This document shows, in pieces, positions 18,736-27,400 of a stretch of DNA of 35,788 nucleotides (position 1 is its first letter; the number at the start of each line of letters is the position of its first letter). Position numbers and translations under genes: made by a program. Under the pieces are notes generated by a model, which was not told the DNA's origin, searched no databases, and was given only the letters and a program-made list of their open reading frames with translations. This stretch comes from Thermoproteota archaeon (GTDB lineage: Archaea; Thermoproteota; EX4484-205; JAAOZP01), in the NCBI GenBank assembly GCA_038883435.1, contig JAVZMD010000003.1:1-35788 (forward strand). Reading direction: 5' to 3'.

Positions 18736-18981
18736 TCAGACACTGGGATTTACTAGCTCAAGCCTCTGATCCTTCTTGCCTGATGCAAATACTCTCAGAA
18801 TACCCCTTATCTCCATTGCCATCAATTCCCTCTCCACTTCTAAAATGCTTACTTTTCCAACATCCTTCTCCAAGCTTCTTAAAAGCTCGGTTAGGGTAAG
18901 ACTCTTCTTCTTCTCCAAGATGTCGAAAATATAATTCCTAAGGGGGATTATCCTTCTATCGTCTTCAGATGTCCTAACCAC
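18736..18981 (-). CDS. Small hypothetical protein, probable winged helix-turn-helix
   Basis: 81 aa; three amphipathic helices then LMAMEIRGILRV...RLEL wing; overlaps the EF-1beta stop by 8 nt. Confidence 0.7.
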   Translation of the reverse strand: MVRTSEDDRRIIPLRNYIFDILEKKKSLTLTELLRSLEKDVGKVSILEVERELMAMEIRGILRVFASGKKDQRLELVNPSV

Positions 18982-19264
18982 CCTCTCTCCAAACCTCCAC
19001 TTTCCTAGTTACATTAACTATCTCCATCTCAGATACTCCATTAGTCTTCCTAATCTCCTCCTCAATCCTGTCGGAAACCCCATCAATCTCGGGAGCCTCC
19101 ACATTCACTAATAGGATTTTCATACCGAAGAAGTAATCGGCTACTTGATGGGCGATTATTCTACCACTTTTCAGGTTTTCCTCTAATCTCTTTAAAAGTT
19201 CATTCATGTCCGTGGTATTCTCATCTGGGAATATTCTCAAGGTGTATACTATTTGCTTCATCAT
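18974..19264 (-). CDS. ef1b: Translation elongation factor 1-beta
   Basis: LRIFP, FFGMK.L (FGL-type motif), D.IEE.I...GVS..EI; follows the DUF1610 Zn-finger gene as is usual in archaea. Confidence 0.85.
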   Translation of the reverse strand: MMKQIVYTLRIFPDENTTDMNELLKRLEENLKSGRIIAHQVADYFFGMKILLVNVEAPEIDGVSDRIEEEIRKTNGVSEMEIVNVTRKVEVWREGG

Positions 19265-19360
19265 TCAACTCCTCCATCATATATTCTTGAAGCATCTGGT
19301 TTAATTTTTTTATACAACAACCTGACCGTCAGCACTCTCAAGAACCTATATAAAGCTTTT

Positions 19361-19534
19361 CTAGGGCATGATGTAACCGCATTTTGGACACTTGACTTCT
19401 CTAGCGAATGTTCTGCATTTCTCACAACGCCATAGAGTTACTTCACCACAGTTGAAGCATGTGAACCTAACGTATTTCTCGTATGGATCTAACGGCCTGT
19501 TACAGGACATGCATACTGTCATTTTGCGGGCCAA
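19361..19534 (-). CDS. DUF1610 / HVO_2753-like double zinc-finger small protein, 57 aa
   Basis: Below the ORF-track cutoff. Manual translation from TTG 19534: MARKMTVCMSCNRPLDPYEKYVRFTCFNCGEVTLWRCEKCRTFAREVKCPKCGYIMP, four CxxC motifs, directly upstream of ef1b. Confidence 0.92.
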   Translation of the reverse strand: MARKMTVCMSCNRPLDPYEKYVRFTCFNCGEVTLWRCEKCRTFAREVKCPKCGYIMP

Positions 19535-19576
19535 TTAATCTAAGCCATTAATAAGCTTAGCGGTTGAGAGAATATG

Positions 19577-19588
19577 GAAAAGCTTAAG
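19577..19588 (+). promoter_or_regulatory. BRE/TATA-like element for pth2
   Basis: GAAAAGCTTAAG about 27 nt before ATG 19616; the same motif recurs before DUF47. Confidence 0.5.
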
Positions 19589-19615
19589 CCATTATCATTG
19601 GTTTTTAAAACACGC

Positions 19616-19978
19616 ATGGGCTGTTTCAGGTTTAAGCAATGCATAGTAGTAAGGGAGGATTTGAAAATCTCAGTTGGCAAGACCTGCTCTCAGGTTGCGC
19701 ATGCTGCGGTCTCGGCGGCTGAGGAAACACGTCGGCTTAAACCAGAATGGTTTAACGAGTGGATTAAAGAGGGCCAGAGGAAAATAGTTCTAAAGGTGGA
19801 ATCATTAGACGAGCTTTTAAAAATCAGAGACATGGCTTTAAAAGAAGGGATTTCCGCTTGCCTTATCTCAGACATGGGTCTTACTGAGGTTCCTCCGGGT
19901 ACGGTAACATGCCTAGGACTCGGACCGGCCCCAGAGGAGTTGATGGATAGGGTTACTGGAAGCCTAGCGCTTCTGTAA
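19616..19978 (+). CDS. pth2: Peptidyl-tRNA hydrolase Pth2 (ORF track starts at 19574)
   Basis: KQ.IVVREDL..S.GK..SQVAHA, GQRKIVLKV, D.GLTEVPPGTVTCLGLGP, VTG.L.LL. Confidence 0.96.
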   Translation: MGCFRFKQCIVVREDLKISVGKTCSQVAHAAVSAAEETRRLKPEWFNEWIKEGQRKIVLKVESLDELLKIRDMALKEGISACLISDMGLTEVPPGTVTCLGLGPAPEELMDRVTGSLALL

Positions 19979-20034
19979 TGGCTCGACATTAAGGTTTATT
20001 AAGTTAATGCTTATTAGCGGAGGATGGAAGCAGC

Positions 20035-21531
20035 TTGTCAGCAGCAAAGAAGAAATCCGATGTTCTCATAGAGTTAGCTAAGCGACGCGGGATATTCTGG
20101 CCAGCATATGAAATATATGGTGGAGTAAAAGGGCTGCTGACACTGGGAAATGTAGGCTTCGAAATAAAGAGGCGCCTGGAAGACCTGTGGATAAAATATT
20201 TCGTATACTCTAGGAATTTTCAGATAATAGAGTCTCCAATAATAGGACCTAGGCCGGTTTACGTAGCTTCTGGCCACGAGACTCAGTTTACAGATAAGGC
20301 TTTAAAATGCGGAAAATGCGGTTCCGTCTTCCGAGCCGACCACCTTTTGGGCGAAATCGGTATTAATGTTCCAGAAGGAGCGTCACTTGAGCATATAGAT
20401 GAGCTTGTTGCACACAATATGGTTAAGTGTCCTAATTGCGGCGAGAACTTTTCAAAATCATTCCAATGGCTCTTAATGTTCAAGACGGAGATAGGAGTAG
20501 GTGACCTAGGCTACTTAAGACCTGAGACCGCTCAAGGAATATTTACAGAATTCAAGAGGCTTTATGTTCACGGTAGGTCAAGCCTACCCTTAGGAATTGC
20601 CCAGGTAGGAAAGGTTTTCAGAAACGAGATTTCTCCAAGACAGGGACCTATAAGGTTGAGGGAGTTCACAATAATGGAGGTCGAGTTCTTCTTCGACCCT
20701 GATACCAACACTGGGCCATCTGATGAGAGGTATTTAGAGGAGACGATACCCATATTAACTGCTGAAGATCAAGAGAAGGGGGTTTCAGAATCCCGTGGAG
20801 TAAAAGTTAGAGAAGCCATTGAGAAAAAAATGTTCAGCAATAATTGGATACCCTTCTTCTTAGTTCTAACAAAGAGCTTTCTTAAAGCCCTCTGGATACC
20901 TGATGATGCTTACAGGTTTAGGGAAAAGCTGCCCAATGAAAGAGCCCACTATGCTAAACAGCTTTTCGACTGCGAGATTCTATTAGAATCATGGGGATGG
21001 ACTGAAGTCGCGGGCTTCGCCTACAGGACTGACTACGACCTATCTGGACACATGAAAGTTAGCGGCGAGGATATGAGTGTTTTCATCTCTTCAACCAATA
21101 GGAAGATAGTGCCTCATGTGGTGGAGCCTAGCTTCGGTGCGGAGAGGCTTCTCTATGCTCTTCTCGAGTATGGGTTGAGAGTTGAGGAAGATGGACGCAC
21201 CTATCTTTCCATACCTCCATACCTCTCGCCTTTCGATGTCTCTGTTTTCCCACTACTTTCCAAACCTGAATTCATAGCTAAGGCTAAGGAGGTTGCCTCT
21301 CGTCTTGACAGTTTCAAAGTAAACTTCGACGACTCTGGTAGTATTGGCCGTAGGTATGCAAGGGCTGATGAAATAGGTGTACCTTTTGCAGTAACCATAG
21401 ACCATCAGACTTTTTCAGACGATACTGTAACACTTAGGTTTAGAGATACCCGGGAGCAGAAGAGAGTGAGTATAACAAGTCTCCCAACGGAGCTTTCTAG
21501 GCTTCTATTGCCTTCTAAACCCATTGTTTAA
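20035..21531 (+). CDS. glyS: Glycyl-tRNA synthetase (alpha2 type)
   Basis: KRRG, EIYGG, ASGH, YLRPETAQG, FRNEISPRQG..RLREF, ERAHYA, PHVVEPSFG.ER, GSIGRRYARADEIG. Confidence 0.97.
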   Translation: MSAAKKKSDVLIELAKRRGIFWPAYEIYGGVKGLLTLGNVGFEIKRRLEDLWIKYFVYSRNFQIIESPIIGPRPVYVASGHETQFTDKALKCGKCGSVFRADHLLGEIGINVPEGASLEHIDELVAHNMVKCPNCGENFSKSFQWLLMFKTEIGVGDLGYLRPETAQGIFTEFKRLYVHGRSSLPLGIAQVGKVFRNEISPRQGPIRLREFTIMEVEFFFDPDTNTGPSDERYLEETIPILTAEDQEKGVSESRGVKVREAIEKKMFSNNWIPFFLVLTKSFLKALWIPDDAYRFREKLPNERAHYAKQLFDCEILLESWGWTEVAGFAYRTDYDLSGHMKVSGEDMSVFISSTNRKIVPHVVEPSFGAERLLYALLEYGLRVEEDGRTYLSIPPYLSPFDVSVFPLLSKPEFIAKAKEVASRLDSFKVNFDDSGSIGRRYARADEIGVPFAVTIDHQTFSDDTVTLRFRDTREQKRVSITSLPTELSRLLLPSKPIV

Positions 21532-21610
21532 AAGCTTCGAGGAGAATAAGGTTTAACTTGGAAAAGCTTAAAACTCAAAACTAGTAATATTGAAACAGGA
21601 TAGTTGAGAA

Positions 21611-22270
21611 ATGTACCCCACCGAGACAACTCTACGGCTTAAGCGACAACTTTTACAAACATGTCAAGAGCTCGCAAGATATGCTGTCGACTCTGTGAGA
21701 GAAGTCAACAATCTCGTCATAGCGTGTTTCGACGACGATGTTTCTAAAGTAGATGAAGTTTTGAATAACATAATCGTTCTAAAAAACAAATCGATAGAGA
21801 CGAAAAGGAATCTTTCAAGCGAGCTTGTCGAGGCGGGGGCGATAATGGTAAGTAGGGAGGATTTCCTAAGGTTGGCTTCACCATTAACTGGAATACCTGA
21901 TCTCTGTGAGGGAATAGTTTACAGATTGAGGGAGTTTTTCCTCAAAAAGAAATCGGTAGATAAGAGTCTGAAAGACCACTTTAAGGAGTTGACAGCCAAA
22001 TCCCTCGATGCGGTTGTAAAAATGAGGGAAACAATATTCACACTAGGCTTTGAAACCTCAAAAATCCAGGATTTCGCTAGGAACGTAGAGGCATGTGAGA
22101 AAGAAGTCGATAGTCTTTTCAGAAGCCTAGAGATAAAGATAATATTCTCAAAATCAGACGTCCCTACTATCCTCCTGCTTAAGGATGTTGCAAATCTTAT
22201 CGAGGAGGTTGTGGATAGGGCTGCAGACGCTGCAGACGCTGCCCGAGTATTATCTCTAAGCGTTTTCTAA
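21611..22270 (+). CDS. DUF47 / PhoU-like helical-bundle protein
   Basis: All-helical duplicated pattern, REDFLRL, E..EKEVD, LLLKDVA..IEEVVD.A.DAAD. Confidence 0.8.
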   Translation: MYPTETTLRLKRQLLQTCQELARYAVDSVREVNNLVIACFDDDVSKVDEVLNNIIVLKNKSIETKRNLSSELVEAGAIMVSREDFLRLASPLTGIPDLCEGIVYRLREFFLKKKSVDKSLKDHFKELTAKSLDAVVKMRETIFTLGFETSKIQDFARNVEACEKEVDSLFRSLEIKIIFSKSDVPTILLLKDVANLIEEVVDRAADAADAARVLSLSVF

Positions 22271-22278
22271 ACCGGTGT

Positions 22279-22848
22279 ATGAGGATGGAAGATAGTAAGA
22301 CTAAAATAACCGCAGAGCTTATAGGAGATCGTCTGATAATATGGAATATTGTACATTCTCAAGAAGTGTATAAGATGGGTTTCTTCGGTAAGCCCGTAGG
22401 CATCCCTAAGCCTAAGGATTGTAACTTTAACGCCCCTTTGACACTAGACTTATTCGAGGGATTATACCTTTTGGAGAAAGGGGTTATTAGAGTGGTTGAC
22501 AGAGAGGATAAGGAAATAACTCCTGAACAATTGCTTAGAATAGCCTCTAGAATTCACGAGGATTTTAAAAGCAAATTCGTAGTTTACAGAGACCTTAGGA
22601 ACAGGGGATTCGTAGTTACACCTGGGATTAAATTCGGATGCGATTTTGCAATATACGAGCATGGCCCGGGAATAGACCATGCGCCGGCAATACTTGAAGT
22701 TAAAAAAGTTGGGGACAAGATAGATGCCCCCGACTTCATCCGCGCTGGCAGGCTTGCAACTTCTGTAAGAAAACTGTTTGTCTTTGCAATATCAGATGTT
22801 AAAAACAACAATGTGAAATATCTAGTATCAAAATGGTGGAAAGCATGA
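22279..22848 (+). CDS. endA: tRNA-splicing endonuclease, catalytic (alpha) subunit
   Basis: VYRDLR.RG, GIKFG.DF.IY..GPGIDHAP, GRLA.SVRK with the Tyr/His/Lys catalytic triad. Confidence 0.96.
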   Translation: MRMEDSKTKITAELIGDRLIIWNIVHSQEVYKMGFFGKPVGIPKPKDCNFNAPLTLDLFEGLYLLEKGVIRVVDREDKEITPEQLLRIASRIHEDFKSKFVVYRDLRNRGFVVTPGIKFGCDFAIYEHGPGIDHAPAILEVKKVGDKIDAPDFIRAGRLATSVRKLFVFAISDVKNNNVKYLVSKWWKA

Positions 22849-22906
22849 AAAAATATCACTAAATAAATTCGCAGTTCATCCGGATCTTTTATTGTTGCTC
22901 TTGATT

Positions 22907-23230
22907 CTAAACCATACGTTCGAGTACGTGTCTCTTAAGGCTATCCATTAGATTATTATCGAGAGAATTGATGACTTTGAATACTCTAGGGTCTGTAACC
23001 TTGTAGAGCCTTTTGTTTCCAACTTTGCTTTCTTCAACCATACCACATTCCTTCAGTATCTTCAAGTGACGTGAAACCGCTGGTTGAACAACACCTGTTC
23101 TCTTCACTATGTCGCTAACATACTTTCCGCCTTCCTTAAGCAGTTCGACAATCTCTAACCTGGCAGGGTCACTTAATGCCTTGAATACCTTTGCCTTAAA
23201 CACCTCTGGCTTCTTTCCTGTTTGCTTCAT
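22907..23230 (-). CDS. ArsR/SmtB family transcriptional regulator (ORF track starts at 23293)
   Basis: FKALSDPARLEIVELL, QPAVSRHLKILKECG, G...LY. Confidence 0.9.
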   Translation of the reverse strand: MKQTGKKPEVFKAKVFKALSDPARLEIVELLKEGGKYVSDIVKRTGVVQPAVSRHLKILKECGMVEESKVGNKRLYKVTDPRVFKVINSLDNNLMDSLKRHVLERMV

Positions 23231-23557
23231 GGCTTCGTTATCTTTATTGATACGTATATTTAAGTATTCACCGTTCATAAGAAAAAATAACAAAAATTAA
23301 TTAAATACCTTCAAGATAAATGGAAGTCGAATGGGAATAATAAGCAGATGATTCTACTAAAATCTCAAAGTCGAATTTAGACATAATGTTACATATTGGA
23401 CACAATAAATCTATGAAGACCGTCAATAAAAACTATTTAAAAATTACTTACAATTAATTAACTTGTAACCGAATACTACTTTATTAACGCGTTACATAAT
23501 GAGTTGAAAAATACAATCATATCCCGCGGGCTGGATTTGAACCAGCGACACTCCGGT

Positions 23558-23606
23558 GTCTGCATGTCCGCCCGGTAGGCTGAACGCCCCCACCCGCGGT
23601 GGAGGA
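23558..23606 (-). other. 49-nt tRNA intron at canonical position 37/38
   Basis: Central helix CTGT(32-35)/GCAG with 3-nt bulges AG|t and ac|A. Confidence 0.88.
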
Positions 23607-23629
23607 CTACAGCCGGAAGCTCTACCAGG

Positions 23630-23677
23630 CTACTCTCTAAATACCGGACTCGCGTCAAGCGAATCCGGTATTTAAAT
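23630..23677 (-). other. 48-nt tRNA intron at non-canonical D-loop position 15/16
   Basis: Central helix GCTC/GAGT, bulge AG|a, long intron hairpin (TAAATACCGGATTCGC/GCGAGTCCGGTATTTA), second site ag|C. The outer exon helix is not formed, so the motif is relaxed. Confidence 0.85.
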
Positions 23678-23717
23678 CTGAGCTACCGCGGGGTAGTTTA
23701 GATTTCTCTTACGTGTC

Positions 23718-23731
23718 TTTTTAACCTTTTC
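23718..23731 (-). promoter_or_regulatory. BRE/TATA-like element of tRNA-Tyr
   Basis: Minus strand GAAAAGGTTAAAAA about 25 nt upstream of tRNA base 1. Confidence 0.6.
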
Positions 23732-24178
23732 CCCTTATAATACAGGATCTGGGTCTGGCGTCCTATTGTTAAGCCTGCTTCTATCTTCTCTCTTTCGATT
23801 CCTCCATACTGACTGAACATCGCTTTGGCGATGTACTTAGTAAGTGTAGACCCGCTTAATCAGAAGCCTTTCCTCACACTACCCACATAAATTGGACTAT
23901 TGTTTTTCCCTATATGACTTAAGCTTCAGGTTTTCCGATACCCTTTCTATACCTGTGCTTATCACCGATAAACTCTTCAAAGGATGTTGTTCTATTCGCT
24001 GAACCCCTTGCTCCCCTTATGAAAGTTGACAGGTCATCACGATGTATGACTTCTTTTTTGTCGAATCGGCTGAAGGCTGTTCGATTCGTGAGACAGTCTT
24101 ATGTTTTCCATCTTTTCAGGCCTTTAAAAAGCGGAGAAATGTTTATTACCACCTCTTCAATACCCCACTCGACGCTGC

Positions 24179-24436
24179 TTGGTTAGTAAGAAAAACATTA
24201 GTAAAGTTAACATACTCGACCATGTTTTAGTGCCCCGTCACCGGCTTTTATCTAGTGAGGAGAAGGAGGCTCTGCTTAAGAAGTATAATATCAAGCCTTC
24301 TCAATTGCCTAGGATGCTCAGTAGCGACCCTGTCGCAGTGGCTATAGGAGCTAAGCCGGGGGATATTGTTGAAATCGTAAGGAAAAGCCCTGTCGCTGGG
24401 GAGACTTTAACATACCGTGTGGTAGTGGAGGGCTGA
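24179..24436 (+). CDS. rpoH: RNA polymerase subunit H (Rpo5)
   Basis: HVLVP.H, LPR...[19 protein letters not shown]...YR.V. Confidence 0.97.
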   Translation: MVSKKNISKVNILDHVLVPRHRLLSSEEKEALLKKYNIKPSQLPRMLSSDPVAVAIGAKPGDIVEIVRKSPVAGETLTYRVVVEG

Positions 24437-24441
24437 GCAAC

Positions 24442-27400
24442 TTGTCTGAAGAGCTTAGTGAAGCAGACCTTTGGGTGGTTGCTGAAAGTTATATTAAGAG
24501 CATTGGCCTGGCGAGGCACCACATAGACTCTTTCAACGAATTCGTAGATAGGGATATGCAGAAAATAGTCGACGAGGTTAAGAGCATAGAGGTTAACGTA
24601 GAAGATAAGGTTATACGTGTAGAATTTGGAGAGATAAGAGTCCACATCCCTAGGATCATAGAGCCCAGCGGTGCTGTGAGAAACGTATACCCAATGGAGG
24701 CTAGGATGAGGAACTTTACTTACGCTGCTCCCATATACTTAGAGATCAAGGAGATAAAAGATGGTAGGGAGAACAGACAGGAGGTTCTAATAGGGGAGCT
24801 TCCGATCATGGTTAACTCGAGGTACTGTGCACTCGCTGGCCTAAGCCCTGAGGCAAGGGTTAGGTTGGGCGAAGACCCGTATGACCCTGGGGGCTACTTC
24901 ATAATAAACGGTTCAGAGAGAGTTATAGTTGGGGTTGAAGACCTTGCTCCAAACAGGATAATACTAGAGGAGAAGAAGATAGGCCCATACTCTTTCTATA
25001 TTGCGAGGGTATTCTCCACTACCGTAGGTTATAGGACGAGGGTTGAAGTAAGGCTGAAGGGTCAGAGCAATGAGCTGAAGGTGTACCTGCCAGGAGTTGG
25101 ACAGGAGATACCGTTCGTAATAATGCTGAAAGCCCTTGGAATGGCTTCCGACAGGGAGATAGCGGAGCGTGTTTCACCATTCCCAGAGATACAAGAGCTC
25201 TTGGCACCATCTTTCGACGCTGCCCAGAACATTATGAGCAAGGAAGATGCCATAATGTACATCGGCAACAGGGTTGCATACGGACAGTCTGATAAAGTTC
25301 GTTTAAACAAGACTCAGAACGTCTTAGACAAGATCCTTCTGCCCCACCTCGGTATGGACGAATCCGCTAGGTACAATAAGGCGTTATTCCTCTGCGAAAT
25401 GGCTGAGAGAATACTTGCGATGAAACTTGGCTGGCGTCCACCAGACGATAAAGATCATTATAAGAATAAGAGGATTAGGCTCGCAGGTGGTCTTCTCGCG
25501 GAGCTCTTTAGAACCTCCTTTAGGAGGATGGTTAGAGACTTTAGGTATCAGCTTGAGAAGTTCAGCTTAAGACATAGGATTATCTATTCGTTTTCAAACC
25601 TGATTACAACAAGCCTGATTACAGATACTATAAACCAAGCCATGGCCACTGGGAATTGGGGCAAGAGGCTTGTCGGCGTAACTCAGCTGCTTGACAGAAC
25701 TAACTACCTTTCCGTATTAAGTCATTTAAGGAGAATCCAGTCGCCATTAAGCCGGAGCCAATCTAACTTTGATGCTAGAGATCTCCATCCTACTCAATGG
25801 GGTAAGCTTGATCCGAATGAGACTCCTGAGGGTGTGAACTGTGGGCTTGTGAAGAACATGAGTATAGGTACACAGGTCTCAGTTTCGGCGGATAAATCCG
25901 TTCTCGATAAGATACTTTCAAAATTCGGCATAATCCCTGTTGTGAAGGCGGATCAGGAAACCCGTTTAACAGCGGCGAAAATATTCATAGACGGGGTCCC
26001 AGTTGGATACTCCCACTCCGGTGAGGCCCTGGTTAAAGAGATAAGGAGCCTTAGGAGGAAAGGGGTGATACCGCCAGAGATAAACGTGGCATATTACGAG
26101 TTTAACTATGGTGGGAGGGTCGTTAAAGAAATTTACTTCAACGCTGACCCTGGTAGAGTTAGGAGGCCACTAATAGTCGTAGAAGACGGGCAGATTAAGC
26201 TTACTAAGGATCATGTTTCTAAGCTTGCCCTAGGCAAAATAAGCTTTGATGACCTTGTTAATAACGGGGTAGTGGAATTACTAGATGCTGAGGAAGAGGA
26301 AAACGCGCTCATAGCGGTGTCGCTGAAAGATGTTACAACTGAGACAACGCACCTAGAGATAAGCCCTACACTCGTATTCGGAGTTGTCTCAGCAATGGTT
26401 CCGTTTGCAGAACATAACCATTCTCCTAGGAATACTTACGAGGCGGCGATGGCTAAGCAAGCACTGGGGCTTCCGTTTACAAATATTAGCAATGCTTTCT
26501 ACACGACTTTCCACGTCATGACTTATCCTCAGACACCACTGGTAGCCTCAAAAATAGACCAGATCATCGGTCTGGATAAGAGACCGACTGGCCAGAACTT
26601 TCTAGTAGCAGTATTGTCCCACCCGTACAATATGGAGGACGCTATAGTTTTGAATGCTGCATCCATCCAGCGTGGCCTAGCCAGGTCGACTACTTACAAA
26701 TCATACGAGGTTGAGGCTAGGAGGTACCCAATGGGTGAGGTCGATAGGATAGAGAAGCCTGATCCTCAGATTAGAGGTTATAGGGGGGATGAGGCTTATG
26801 CTAAGGTCGAGGATGACGGTATTGTTTCTGTTGAGGCGGAGGTCAAGGGTGGCGAAGTCATAGTGGGAAGGTCGAGCCCACCCAGGTTCTTCGAAGAATA
26901 CAAGGAGCTTGTTTTCCAAGCACCTGCTCGTAGGGATTCTTCAGTTGCTTTGAAGCCTTCGGAAAGCGGCTATGTAGATAACGTAATAGTAACAGAGGAT
27001 TTGGAGAATAATAGACTGATAAAGGTAAGGATTAGAGACCACAGGATTCCCGAAATAGGCGATAAGTTTGCCTCTAGGTCTGGTCAGAAGGGCGTTATCG
27101 GAATGCTTGTTAATCAAACAGATATGCCGTTCACCGAAGACGGGTTGGTTCCAGACCTCTTGATAAACCCGCACGCAATCCCCTCCAGAATGACGATAAG
27201 CCACTTTCTTGAATCCCTATTCGGCATCGCCGCAGCCCTTGAAGGAAGGCCGATGGACGGCACGACATTCATACATGCTCCGGAGAAGGAGGTTCAAAAG
27301 ATTCTGGAAGAAAACGGCTTCTCACCTTACGGCGAGTTTGATTTCATAGACGGTATGACTGGAAAACGTTTCAGAGCCAAGGTCTTCATGGGTATAATCT

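Larger units (their letters stand above)
23522..23692 (-). tRNA. tRNA-Tyr(GUA) with two introns (15/16 and 37/38); CCA not encoded
   Basis: Removing 23677-23630 and 23606-23558 leaves a 74-nt cloverleaf: CCCGCGG TA GCTC AGCCTGGTA GAGC T TCCGG CT GTA GA CCGGA GTGTC GCTGG TTCAAAT CCAGC CCGCGGG A. C1:G72 and A73 are the archaeal Tyr identity elements. Anticodon at 23610-23608. Confidence 0.95.

Noticed and set aside
22220-22242. Short tandem repeat GCTGCAGAC x2.5
   Set aside because: It encodes AADAADAA within the DUF47 helix; a coding repeat only.
22849-23521. Provirus or integrative element at tRNA-Tyr
   Set aside because: No integrase and no visible direct repeat of the tRNA 3' end; kept only as a weak remnant hypothesis.
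23476-23658. 60-aa minus-strand ORF
   Set aside because: Overlaps the tRNA-Tyr gene; spurious.
23522-23692. Split or permuted tRNA, or a terminator/MITE reading of the long hairpin at 23636-23676
   Set aside because: All three exons are colinear on one strand, and the hairpin is explained as the 15/16 intron.
24000-24030. GGGAGCAAG on the minus strand resembling SRP RNA helix 8
   Set aside because: The matching CAGG/GNRA half is absent and the region lacks the high GC expected of a structural RNA in this genome.
24042-24230. 62-aa plus-strand ORF
   Set aside because: No motifs; overlaps the rpoH promoter and start.
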